Assembly (NCBI RefSeq): GCF_000143415.4
Contig: NW_003314323.1
Location: 62,001 to 126,000 of the forward strand
Source of the DNA: Selaginella moellendorffii
Taxonomy: Eukaryota; Plantae; Lycopodiophyta
Length of the DNA stretch: 64,000 nucleotides
Direction of reading: 5' to 3'
The notes beneath the pieces are model-generated. The model worked only from the letters and a program-made list of their open reading frames with translations. It did not search any database and had not been told where the DNA came from. A program made the translations under genes and the position numbers. Below, one piece after another: positions 1 through 12,053 of the stretch (position 1 is the first letter of the stretch; each line of letters opens with the position of its first letter).

Positions 1-863
1 CGGCCCGAGGGATTGCCTCCTGCGCAGGGAGGGAAGTATGTGGGATTTGGATCCGGTGGAAATCGTCCGCCACCTCCACCGCCTGCGAATGACGTGCTCA
101 AGGACACCATGTCTATTGTTTCTCAGGTAAAAAATGTTTGCTGTTATCTCGGCTAAGCTCGTGGATTTCCAGGGATTTAGCAAGTTATCAGTCGTAGCGT
201 CTTCGGCAGCTCAGTCGGCTGCGGTGGCGGCGTCTACGGTCACCAAAGATCTTTCCAGTAAGGTATGTTGTGTTTGGAGATTTGTCTCTCTCACTCTCTC
301 TCTTATACAATCGATGTGTTTTGATTTTTTTGTAGGTGAAAGATGGAGGATACGACCAGAAAATGAACGAGACTGTTTCGGTGGTGAGTGCGAAGACCAC
401 CGAGATTGGGCATAAAACGTGGGGCCTGATGAAGGGAGTCATGGCTATGGCTTCCAAGACAGTGGAGAACTACACAAAAGAGGAGGCTGTTCGGCTGTAC
501 AACGTTGACGATCCTCACGCGAACAAAGGCTACCAGAAGTTTAGCTCCTCGAGAAGCAACTGGGACGATTGGGACAACGAGAAAGCTGCCGCGAACAACG
601 GTAATCCGGACGGGAACAAGAGCAGCGCTAAGAACAGCAATAGTAGCAAAGGGTGGGACGACTGGGATGATGATAACAATCGCAGGCACCAGGAGCAGGC
701 TAGCAAAGCAAATGGCTCGCAAAACTCTACCTTTCAATCGGTGGATCTTCACGAGTCGTGGACCGGCTGGGACGTCGACAAGGATGACGACGATGCGGTT
801 TCGAGCAGGAGCAAGAACTCTGGGAAGTGGAACGATTTGGATTGGGACAGTGGATTCAAGTGA
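1..863 (+). CDS. ARF GTPase-activating protein (AGD6/AGD7-like), 3' part; 5' end lies outside the window
   Basis: Exons 1-126, 173-262, 336-863 with GT-AG introns. Motifs GKYVGFGS, GFSKLSVVASSAAQ, VKDGGYD..VSAKTTEIGHKTWGLMKGVMAMAS and a C-terminal WDDW-repeat region typical of ArfGAP1-type plant proteins. Confidence 0.85.
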
Positions 864-1005
864 CACACGACACGAATTCTTCGCGAATAAAACTCTTCGA
901 GAGAAAACGAAGATCACCGAGGTGAAAAGAAGAATTTTTATGTACTCTGGATTGATTGCCGCGAAAGAAAATCTATGGCTACTATGTTACACGAAAGCTG
1001 GTTTT

Positions 1006-2322
1006 TCAGTGTGAGACCACTGAGCTCTCGCTCGCTCCAGGTTGTGATAGTTTGAGCCGTCTTTTGGGTGAGACAGTCGCGTTGTTACACGTAACTTCGC
1101 TCGTTTCTTCCGTGTGATCTTCCTCGTGATCCAGTGGCCTTTTCGTCTTTGGCACTGCGAGGCGTGGATTCGCCGCCGCCTCGGCAACGACTTCGTCGCG
1201 TTTGGAAGAACAAGTGGCCTCTGGTTCTCCCTTGTCCTCGCTTTGAATGCTCTTGGTTTGTGTGTGTTTGAGCTTGAGCTCGCCGTCGTGCATTAGCTGG
1301 AGGCGAGCTTCGATCTGGAGCTGGAGCTGGCGTTGGATCTGTGAGGAAAACACACGCAAGCATGTGAAATCCATCCAGGGAAAAAAAAAGGAAGAGCAAT
1401 AAAAACCTCTATGGTTTCGTGAAGTCGCCGCTGGACTTCCATTTGCAGTCGGAGGTTTTCCGTCACCCTGCGATACCAGAAGTTGTGATTCTCCAAGAAA
1501 ACTGAGCGAGCGAGAGAAAAGAAAAACGAGAGTGGAAGATCACTTACGCTGTGGTTTCGGCCAACTTGTTCAATGTGAGCTTCTTCTTCTCGGGCTTGGG
1601 AGCTGTGACACCAAAGAGATGATATAAAACACGGAATGGGGAATGGAAACAAGCTCACCTCCTTCGGGGTCCTCAGGGATTTGCTTGTTAAGTCGATACT
1701 TCTGTAGGTAAGAACACAACGCTTAATCGTCACACTCTATGCTGCATTGCTACTTTCACCTGGAGATGGCTCTTGACGTGGTAAATGGTGATCTCCGGCA
1801 CCGCCATGACGCTAAGAACCGACTTTGGGGTAGCAGCTGCAAGAGCGATCGATCGATCAAATCCAAAAAAAAACGAGCAAGAACATCCAAAAACTTGCTT
1901 ACTTTCGGGGCCGCCGAGGAGAGCCACAGCCTCCACGAATCGCTGGTGAAGCTCCGGCGTCCACCGCAAGCGCTGCTTGAGATTCGGAGAGATTCCACTC
2001 CCACCCGAGCTGCTGCTATTGCTGGGAGTAGCGCTCCCGGAATTGTCCCGGACCTGGACAAACTGTGGCACCACCACCCCTTTCTTGCTCTACCAAACCA
2101 AAATAACCAACAATTATCTCCTCAATTCTTGGAAGAACACAACAAGAAACTCACGGATGATTCCTCGCCATCGCCGCCGCCGTCGCTGGGATTGAGCAAG
2201 CTGGTCCATCCCTCCTGCGCCCACTCCACCTCGTTCTTCATCAACCCGTTCCCACCGCCTCCCTGCTCTTGCGGCGAGCAAAGCATCATCTCCAGCGCCG
2301 CGCTAAACTCGGCATCGTCCAT
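1006..2322 (-). CDS. PHR1/PHL-like MYB-CC (GARP) transcription factor, multi-exon
   Basis: [22 protein letters not shown] / [20 protein letters not shown] (SHLQKY MYB) plus coiled coil [26 protein letters not shown]. Start ATG chosen at 2322, with a TATA-like TTATAT near 2452-2457. Confidence 0.9.
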
Positions 2323-3475
2323 CCTGCCGCTGCCCTGATCCTGGCAGGGCGCCACCGCCGCCGCCGCCGCCGCCGCATTGCCGTGGTCAGGTGAGCTGGG
2401 CCGCGAGGATCCATGGATCAAGAGCATCTGTGCCGCCGCGCCCTCTCGCCCATATAAGGCGAGGCGCAAATTCTTTGCCCTGGATCAAAAGCTCACTCCT
2501 TCCTCACTCATGATTTTTTCTCCTTCTTTTCTCTTTTTTTTGGCGATAAAAAGTGTCAGGGAATCTCAAGGAATGTGACACAGCGTCGTGTTTTCTAGCG
2601 AGAAAATGGCCCCCAAATTCTTTTAATTGCTTTTTCTCTAATATCTTCTCTGAATGCTTTCTCGGCAACTTGGCGCGACACAAAGTACCAATGCGTGTGT
2701 CAATCCAACCACTTCCGTATGAATCGTTGCTATCATCAAGAATTATAAGCTTGCGCGCGTCGACAAAACAGCCACGGAAGCAGTTTTAATCTTTGGCCCG
2801 CCATATTTTACGTCTTTGTGCTTTGTTATCACGACAATAACATATTGTCACACATTGTCCATCTGGTATTACAGCACTTTCTTGCACGCTTCCAACTCAT
2901 CATGTTTCCATCCTCAAAGACATTAGAATTTACAAATCCTTGATCAAAGACAAGGAGAAAAATACCGTATCACCTTTGCGTTCCTTCCTGCAGTTGAATA
3001 TCTTGGGTTAGAATCGGAAAAAGAAACATGAAAAGAAAACATCCGGCTAATGGCATCAGCGATCAAAGAGAAACTTCAGGAGAATTTCAGGTGAATCATC
3101 GAAATATAGACATCAGTTGCCAAAGCACGACGGAAAACGAAAAATTATAGCAACAAAAAGGTGGCATCAGCAAACCATATGGTATAGCTTCACAGTGATG
3201 TCAGCTGAATCATCGAAATCTTACCATCACTTGCCACAGACCAAAAAAGCAAAGAAACAAAAAAATCCAACAGTGCCACAAACAACAACGAGAGAAGGAC
3301 GAAAGCTTACAGTCAAGAACGCTCACGCAGAAGAAACAAAGAAACGATCCTCTGGAAAAATCAAGACAAGCGAGAAAGAAAGTAAGCAACCAAAGAACAA
3401 CTTAAGAAGATCAAAAGAACGAACCAGGTTAGAGAGCGAGGACGAGGAAAAGATCAAACTTTCCCCACGCTACCA

Positions 3476-3943
3476 TCACTTGTCTACTTCGTGCTTCACT
3501 GCTACTCCCATGGATCTGGCAGTCCCCATGATCGACCGGCAAATCCCCTCCAGCGGCTTGTCCTTGCAGTTGGCATCCGTCTTCTTGATCTTGGCGATCT
3601 CGTAGATGTGCTTGTAGGTGACAGTCCCCACCGATTCGTGCCCCGGCTTGTGAGCCCCAATCTCCAGCCCCGCGGCCTTCTTCAAGAAGTAGCTCGTCTT
3701 GGGCGACTTGAGCACGAAATCAAACGTACTATCCTTGTACGCGGTGATGAGCACCGACATTGGGACGTCGGCCCGGATGTGCTGCGTCCGCGCATTGAAA
3801 TCCTTGCAAAACGCCATGATGTTCAGCCGATGCTGCCCCAGCGCCGGCCCGACGGGAGGCCCCGGCTTCGCCTGCCCCGCATTCACTGTCAGCCGGATGT
3901 GCGCTGCGAATTCCTTGGCGGCGGCCTTCGCCGCCTTCGCCAT
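3476..3943 (-). CDS. RPL11: Mitochondrial ribosomal protein uL11 (L11)
   Basis: Intronless ORF with IRLTVNAGQAKPGPPVGPALGQ..NIMAFCKDFNART..IYEIAKIK..GTARSMG. Confidence 0.93.
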   Translation of the reverse strand: MAKAAKAAAKEFAAHIRLTVNAGQAKPGPPVGPALGQHRLNIMAFCKDFNARTQHIRADVPMSVLITAYKDSTFDFVLKSPKTSYFLKKAAGLEIGAHKPGHESVGTVTYKHIYEIAKIKKTDANCKDKPLEGICRSIMGTARSMGVAVKHEVDK

Positions 3944-4075
3944 AGCTGCCAAGAACCCTAAACCTATAAACCCTATGCCCGAATTAAACCCTAGGATTTA
4001 ACTCCAATGCTTTATTTTGACCGTACTTGCTCGAATATTATTGTCGTACGCTTGGCCGTACGATTATAGAAAATT

Positions 4076-7000
4076 TTATGCGAGGGACTGGATTCTCTTG
4101 TCCAGCTCCTCCACTTCCTTTCGTATTCTGTCTAGATAGTGAGGATCAGTGGCCAGTTTTGCCTGGAGCTTCGCGTGGTCGTCCATGAGGCGCTTGTAAG
4201 TTTTGTCCGCGTCCTGGATCGATCAAGCACGGCTGATTCATTCGAGGAAAGAAAGAAAAGAAGAAAGAACGCGACGAACCTTTCTAGCGGCTTTGGACAG
4301 CTCCTTCCCCTCCGCGTTGTGTGTGGGAATTCCTTGCGTGTCAAACTGGCTGTATTTCTCGCTGAGCTTTCTAAAGTACTCGGATGGGTCTCGTGCTGCA
4401 TCCAGCTTTTCCAGTTCTTTCACCTGTGTAAGGTTGAGTCAGAACAAAAAATACAAAGGAAAACTAGCAACCTTCTGTTCTTTCTTTGTCTGACACTTCT
4501 TTCTTTCTGCGTCTGCTGAGGCTCTGAGTTTTGCCTCCCTCTCTCTTTTCAATACTTCGGCATCCTTAAGCTCCCATGAGAAACCTCCATCTTTATCCAT
4601 CAGGCTCACACCTAGATCGACAAGGACACGGTCCCGAAGATCGTCAGAGAGCTCCATGATTCTTTCCTGTCATTCGCCATAAAGCTTTAGCCACCAAGGT
4701 AGAAAATTAAAAACTTACATTGGCCTTCCCAGCGTCACGGACATCTGCCCTGTATTGGCACAGCGTGTCGATCAACTGATCAAGGGTAGGCCCATTTTTC
4801 TCTCCTAAAGACGCTTGAGCTTGTGATGCGAAGGCATCAGATTCATATAAACCTGGACATGATGTGAATAAAGTTAGAAAATTCTTAGACAGTTAAGAGT
4901 CAGCTCACCAAAAACTTGTAACGTTTTCTTGATATAGCTCGCCACCTTCTTCAGCAGTACAGGACTCGGGCTGCTGGAATCGAATTTCTAAGAGTACCAA
5001 AACACACGTCAATCTCTACTGGGAGCTTTTACTTACGGACTGATTCAAGTAGGAGTGGACTCCACCGACGAGGTCGGAGAGACTTTTAAGAGCCCTGGCC
5101 GTGTTGAAATTGTCTTCTAAATGGCTTCTGACCTGTGCACTGTAAATTAGAGGAAAGAGGGAAGTCTTTTATCCAAGAGCTTACTTCCAGTTCAGTTTCG
5201 CGCCGCAATGTTTCTAGTGTTTTTTCATTGTCTCCAAAATTTCCTGGCAGCATCTCATCGGTCTGCACATATGAATTGTAATGCGATTACACTTAGATGC
5301 CAACATGAATTTACCTCCTTGACGATATCTCTGACTTCTCTGAACAAGTTGTCAAACTGTTTCTCCTTTTGTGCAGCTTCACTCATCGCTGACGCACTGA
5401 AATCCATCGGCTAGGAAAGAAGAGTCTCAGTAATAAACTTGTATATGACAAAACTACCTTATCCCACTGATGGAGAAGGAAAAGAAGTCGAAGCTGACTA
5501 GAAGAATAATGTAGTTCTTCCAGTGCCTGCACCATGTTATTAATAAAAATTAGAAAGACAAGACATAAAGCCTCACCTGTCTGATCGTAGTGAAATTCTT
5601 CAAAGACTTGGACATTTTTAGTCCGTTCACTGAGAGGTGACCGCTGTGAAAGAAGTAATTCACCCACTGCACAAATAAAGACAATGAAAATCCTATACCT
5701 TTACCACGAGACGCGTACCTGTGAGCAACTATGGTAAGCTTCAGCCTGAGCTAGTTCATTGTCATGGTGCGGAAATTTCAAATCACTGAGAGATAAAAAT
5801 GCGTGAGCTTATAAGTCTCAAGCCTCTGGAATGAATACTTACGCTCCACCTGAGTGGATATCAATGATCTCCCCAATAACGTCACTGGCCATAGCCGAGC
5901 ACTCGATGTGCCAACCAGGACGGCCAGGTCCCCATGGGGAATCCCAGAAAGGCTCCCCAACTTTGCTTTCCTGCAAACGAATTTGTCACGTGGTGCTCTA
6001 AACTCATAGCGTACCTTCCATAACGCGAAGTCGTTATTGTTTTTCTTGTTTCTGGTTTTGAAGTTCGTTTCGCTCTCAGAAGCCAGACCAACACATCCTA
6101 CAGCTGCCGGATTAAGCTTTCCATAAGTGTGCTTTGTGTTACTGAGAAAAGGCAGGTTAGAAACCGCACAAGAAAAGTTGAGAAGCTTACAATGCTTCGG
6201 TATCGAAGTATACGCTGCCATCGACTTCATAAGCATATCCATTTGCGATGATAGTTTCGACATATTTTACAATCTTCGAAATGTAGCTGCAGTTGAAAAG
6301 GTTTTACCAAAAAGAAAATTAGCAGAGAGAAAAATTTGAGAACTTACTCCGTGACTCTGGTGATAACATCTGGCGGTTTAACCCCAAGACTCTTCATGTC
6401 CTCAAAGAATTCTTTCTCGTATCTGTACATCCCAACTTTCAGAACCTCTCACACCTCAATTACATGTACCTTGATGCATGAGCGCGATATATCCCATGAT
6501 CTGTAACAGTGTGACCGAGATCATCGTCCAATTTCGAAGCCAAAAAGTCGTCAGCATTGTCGCCAAGCAAGTGACTGATGCCATCGTCTCCCATTAAGCC
6601 AGCTTTGTCTCGTTTAAGTTTGAAAGCCTCTTCAGCCTGTCGAACCTTCTCAAGCTTAAGCTCCTCCTGCTTTGCTTTCTGCCCAACACAAACAGAAGCT
6701 AGTCGGAAAAATAACACATCCGAATCACTGTACCTCTTCAAGTTCTTTCTTCTGCGACGCCTTCGCCTTTGCAAACTCATCCTTTGCACTTGCCAGACTC
6801 TTCCCTTGTTTTTCATTCTCCGTATCAAACGCCTTTGTAAGGTCTCGTATAACCTGAAAGCTCCGCGGTAAGCAACACAAACTAGACAAGAAAACGCAGT
6901 ACCTCTGAGGGATCTTTAACTCTCTCCAAGTACATTCTCAGTAGATGGTCCCGACGAGCTCGCTTGATGATCTTATCATCCACATCAGTAACGTTCATCA

Positions 7001-7377
7001 CATAGAAAACATCGTAGCCAAAAAAATCCTGGCCGGAGAAATGAGAGTAAACCAGCTCGTGGCAAGCTCAAAGAAAGAAATATACCTCGAGAATTCTCCT
7101 CAAGATATCAAATGTCACATAGTTCCTGGCGTGGCCGATATGGGAAGAATCATAGACAGTCGGTCCACATATATACCAAGTCACTGGAAGTAGCAATGCT
7201 GGAGAAATCGAGGAAAGCAAAGGAAACATCCTCACCTCGTTTGGATCCATCGCTCGTCGCGAACGGCACCTTGTGGCCGCACAGCGTGTTGTTGACGATC
7301 AATCCCTGAGGAGGAGGAGCTGGAGGCGATGGCGGGATCCATCCTCCTTTGGCGCCATTGGCGCTCTGCGCAGCCAT
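4076..7377 (-). CDS. CysRS: Cysteinyl-tRNA synthetase (cytosolic type), many short introns
   Basis: [18 protein letters not shown] (HIGH), [36 protein letters not shown] at about 5595-5620, [13 protein letters not shown]. Last exon ends KRIQSLA* at 4076. Confidence 0.93.
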
Positions 7378-7681
7378 AGCCGTAGCGTCAAACCCTAATT
7401 CCCTCACGGCCAAACGCCGGAAGGAAGAAAGGCAAAAATTTCTCATGGGGTAGGCAGCGCTGCCTCGATTCGATCCAAATCGCCATAATTTGAAGGTTTC
7501 GATGGAAGCAAGCATTCTAAGTGGAAGATCCGAGAGTAAGACTGGATCATCGTGCGGCAACGATAAACCCTAGCTCGAGAACCCTAATTTGATAAAAGGA
7601 AAATTAGGGCTTTGGAAAAAGGTGACGAGGTGGACTATATAAGTGAGGGGGTTGGGGTAAGGTTTTTCCAGTCCAAGGCAA

Positions 7682-7933
7682 ATGGAGAGGAAGAGCGCTC
7701 CAACTTTTGACGTTGTTGAGCCTCCGCCGGGGCTCAGGATCAAATGCCCGCGCGATCCCTCGCTTTTTGATCCGGATGCGTTGATAGATCGATGTGAGGA
7801 TGCTTTGGATGAGATATCTGAGATTCTCGAAATACTATTCAAGAATTTGGAGTTTCGAGATAGAGGACTCAAGCGTTGTTCTAAAGGAAAACAACAAATG
7901 AAACCTTTTTGTTTGAAGGGTGATAAAAAATAA
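7682..7933 (+). CDS. Possible small protein of unknown function (83 aa)
   Basis: ATG-started ORF about 40 bp downstream of a TATATAAG box (7637-7644), in the gap between CysRS and FtsHi3. No recognisable domain. Confidence 0.35.
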   Translation: MERKSAPTFDVVEPPPGLRIKCPRDPSLFDPDALIDRCEDALDEISEILEILFKNLEFRDRGLKRCSKGKQQMKPFCLKGDKK

Positions 7934-7950
7934 TATAACCTTGGCTTTCT

Positions 7951-9931
7951 TTACATTGTGTTGCTTTGAACGTAGCGTTCTTCCTTTCCGCCTCTCACGC
8001 TCTGGACAAGAGCGCACACCTTCCTCTCAAAATCGCTCAAAAAGTTTGGTTCTTGGCCAATTCCATACTTCGATCGATCGACCGCTTCTCTGAAGTTGTC
8101 GAGATTGACAGCAGATTGTCCTGGAACCAGTGTCACAAAAAAATGTTGGAAATGATCAAAAGAGAAGGACCAGTGATTTTCTCGTTACCTCGTCGAGCGG
8201 CCAAGAGCGCTGCTTCGTTCACCACGTTTGCCAAGTCGGCACCAACAAAGCCCGGCGTGATGCTCGCTACAAATCTCTGGAGCTCTTCCGGATCGCCTTC
8301 TACACGAACGCCCCTCATATGAACAGCGAGAACTTGTCTCCGGCCATCCAAGTCGGGCTCCCTCACGAAAACTTTCCTGGAGAATCGCCCCGCTCGACAC
8401 AGCGCTGGATCCAGCGCCTCGGCTCGGTTTGTAGCTGCGAGGACGAGCACTCCAGTCCCGGATTCGAAGCCATCCATCTCAGTCAGGAGCTGCGAATAAA
8501 GGACGACGAGCTCGCTCACTCAAGAGAGAAAAGAAACTTAGAAGATTTTTGTTCTACCTGGTTGAGAGTTTGGTCCCGCTCATCGTTGAAACCACGTCCT
8601 CTTTGTCCTCCGACAGCATCGAGCTCATCAATGAAGATCACCGACGGTGCGTGCTTCCGAGCCACGGTGAAAAGCTCTCGTATGCGCGCTGCTCCTCGTC
8701 CCACGAACATCTCCACAAACTCGCTCGCCGAGGCCGCAAAGAATGGAACTCCGGCCTCTCCCGCGAGTGCCCGAGCGAGAAGCGTCTTCCCAGTTCCTGG
8801 AGGCCCGATAAGCAGCACTCCTTTTGGAAACTTGGCACCTAAGCTCCGGAAGTTCGAGGCTCCTCTCAAACAAGACACTATCTGGAAGAAAAGAAAAACC
8901 ATGAGAGGAAGACGAAGTTTCTTTCGCAAACTTACCTCGAGAAGCTCGGCTTTCGCAGTGTCAACTCCAGCAACATCCTCAAACTTGACGCTCTGGATGT
9001 TCTTCCTTCGTTTCTTGGACATGTCGGCCTTGCCAGTGATCTGCCGGTGCATCAACCACATCAGTGGAGTGAGCGGGATCCACAAAGTGAGGAGAGTGCC
9101 GATGACCGAGGCAGCAACCGAGCTGAATGATCGAGGAGCCGAGCTATACTCAACGTTGCCAGCTCCATTTCTCAGCAATCCCAGCAAGTAGCTCTCGTCG
9201 TGCCGGATCTTCCTCGTACAAAACTGCCAAGTTTTCTCTCCTGTGCCTTTGCCTCTGCCAGAAGAAGAAGAAGAAGAAGAAGAAGCACTCTTCACGCTCG
9301 AAGTAGCTATGGTGTTTGCTTCTTCTCCGGATCCCACTTTCTCGGCTTCCACTTTCTCGGCAACCATGTTGAAAAAGATTTGAGATGAGCCCTCCTCGAA
9401 CAAAACGCTCTGGACACGCTGAGCTTCCAGTGATTGAATGAGAGTCGAGTAAGAAACGCTGGTCGGAGCAGTAGCAGCCGAGAGCTGGACCAAAAAACTC
9501 CCGGCCGTGAAGAGGCATGCTACAAATCCTCCGCCCAAAATACCCCTCCAGTTCTTCCTCAAAGCTCTCGAGAATCTCGCGGCCGAGAACCACAAAAAGA
9601 GCCTCTTAACCGACCTCCGCCATAGCCGCATTCTAACTCGTAGAACTCGAAGCCATGGCTTTCTTGTTGCCTGGATTTCTCTCTTCCCGTCATTGCTGCT
9701 GCTGCTGCTACTGTTCCTGCCGATTACCGCTAGAGGTCTTCTTCCAAAGTTGTGCTCGCTTTGATACGAGGAACACCTCAAGCTTAACCGGCATCTCTTT
9801 TCGCCTCCACCGCCGCTAGCCCTACTACTGTGAAGCCATAGCCGCGCTCTATGGAAACTATCCGAGCTCGAGGTAGTGAAAAGTGTACCTGTGGTGGAGA
9901 CCTTGTGGAATCCATAGCACGCAGCATTCAT
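7951..9931 (-). CDS. FTSHI3: FtsH-like AAA protein lacking the M41 protease domain (FtsHi3-like, plastid)
   Basis: Transit-peptide-like N-terminus and two TM segments. VKFEDVAG, Walker A GPPGTGKT, Walker [41 protein letters not shown]. Ends soon after the AAA domain with no HEXXH. Three short introns. Confidence 0.88.
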
Positions 9932-10871
9932 TCCGGCTCTCGCTACCTAGAAGGTAGGGCATTTGGTAAGATAAAACTCTTTCACAGCAATAAGAGTTGC
10001 TTAATAGTGGTCAAACAGCCACTTGCCGGTTCGCGGTCAAAGGATGGAATGAAAGACGATGTGGATGACTTTGGTCTTGTGAAGTCGGCTGAGAGATCCC
10101 AGCCAGGTACAAGGGTGACTGGCCGCGCGAGCCATAGCAGGTGTCAAAAGCTTAGGTCGATCTGGTGGCCACAATGGGGGATGGCAAAACAAGATGAGCT
10201 TCACTTCAGCAGGGTAATTTAAATTCTTTTGACAGATCCTGAGCTCTGGCATTAGCCAGATTGTAGAAAAACTTGCTGCAAGCCCAAACTACTCCAACTC
10301 TTTGTGAGAATGTTCTCAAAATTCTAAGTTCCTTGTATTTTTATGTCCAACTGTGAGATGAAAATCTGTTTTAAAATCCTTTTCTAAGCAAATGCTAACA
10401 AAACTTAAGGACGGAGGCTTTTGCCAGCATAGTTATGATTGCAAGATATTACAAAGCTTTGAAGTTGACTTATGTCTAATTGCTTAAACTTACAAAATAC
10501 ATGTTTCCATGCTATCTACTATGCAGTCAGTCCCTGCTTTCCTATCATTTGTGTTAAAAGGAAGTGAGCTAGAGTGATTTAAGATGGAAGGGAGTGATCA
10601 AAAGAAAAGAAGTGTTGGAACCAAGAAACTAGAATTAACTGGCGATTTCGGTCTTACAGTTTTTTTTAGTGTTAACCATCAGTTTAGCGCATCTAAGGTC
10701 TATTTAGTGTTAACAAAATTTAGCACATATTTGCCATTATTGATAATATTTTACATTTTGAGTGAAAATTGACACAAGTAATAAAATAAAAAGTATATAA
10801 ATCAATACATGTTTCATAATTTTTAATATAGACTGCTATATAAAACATTATATAATAAAAGAGTTTTGTAT

Positions 10872-12049
10872 TGTGAATGTTTGGAATATGGAAAGGGAAT
10901 ACAGAAATATGCATATCAATTAGCCCAAAAAACACTAACTTATATACAAGAGCGAGTGGTCTAGATTGAAACCAATCCAATGGCTACCAAAATCCCACTA
11001 TGCTAATATTAGTATACGGCATCGTATCCGTACACTTAGCCCTCACATCATCCCCCCCTCTCGGAATAATGAAAGACCATCAGGGTTCTCTTGTAGATGG
11101 GCTGGGATTTAGAAGAATGTCAGGAGGAGGCATCAGCGGATCTGTAGGTGGTATTAACTGCTCTTAATCCCTTTGTATGAAACATTTCAACCACTGCACA
11201 TATACAATCTTTGGAGGATCGGCCTGCTGGACGTTATGCCAAACTTCATAAACTTGTGGTCCAACTTGCCGCAACACCCGATATGGTTCTTTCCACTGTG
11301 CAAGAAGCCCTTTAGATAAACCACGTATCGTAAGATGGGGAAAATGGATTAACACCAAATCATTCACTTTGTACTCCGCAGGTGCACGATGACATCATCC
11401 CAAGAATAATATATGGCAATCACCATGAACTGATCAAACCAATAGTACACATCATCCCTAAGATTCCCACGAAAGAACTCCAGCTGAACGCGAGGATTAG
11501 CACCAACAACAAAAGGAGTTGGACCACGTGCCGTGAATACCACTATCAATTGAGTTTGGTTGTTCAATTGCAAGCACATAGCATCAAGCAATTGGACCAA
11601 TTGCTAATCTAAAGTCAAAGGAGGAGATTGTTGATTTGCCATGAAAATGGACGAAGAAAGAGCAAAAGAAGATAAACAACAAAAAACAAGAAGGAAATGG
11701 GAAATCTAGACAATGCAAAAAGCTAGATCTAAACCAAAATCCTGAAAAGGAAGAACAAAAGAAAGGAAATGGAAAAAACTAGATCTAAACGATGCAAAAG
11801 CTAAATTTAAACCAAAATCCCAAATTTAAACACTCCTCAGGGACAATCAAAGGTGCCCCTCATCTCCATCAATATAAGTGCTTGGAATATAGAAAGAGAA
11901 TATAGAAATGTGCATATCAATTAGCCCAAAAAAACCCTAACTTGTATATAGGAGCGAACGGTCCGGATTGAAACCAATCCGACGGCTACAAAAATCCCAC
12001 TACACTAATATTAGTATACGGCATCATAGCTGTACACTTGGCCCTCACA
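10872..12049 (-). mobile_element. Internally deleted non-autonomous Ty3/gypsy-type LTR retrotransposon
   Basis: Direct repeats (LTRs) at 10872-11047 and 11873-12049, about 86% identical by eye, with TG..CA ends (one decayed). GTAT TSD at 10868-10871 and 12050-12053. PPT GAGAGGGGGGGATGA next to the 3' LTR and PBS TGATGGAGATGAGGGG next to the 5' LTR. Gag-like (FRGNLRDDVYYWFDQF..YSWDD) and integrase C-terminal GPY/F-like (QWKEPYRVLRQVGPQVYEV..VQWLK) remnants. Confidence 0.88.
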
Positions 12050-12053
12050 GTAT

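Noticed and set aside
2980-3475. Possible 3' UTR introns of uL11 (GTAAG donors near 3310 and 3224 on the minus strand) and the overlapping Lys-rich ORF 3117-3605
   Set aside because: The splice sites cannot be validated without transcripts, and the ORF is the A-rich mirror of a T-rich UTR.
8130-9191. 353-aa antisense ORF over FtsHi3
   Set aside because: Typical antisense open frame opposite AAA domains; crosses introns and has no independent support.
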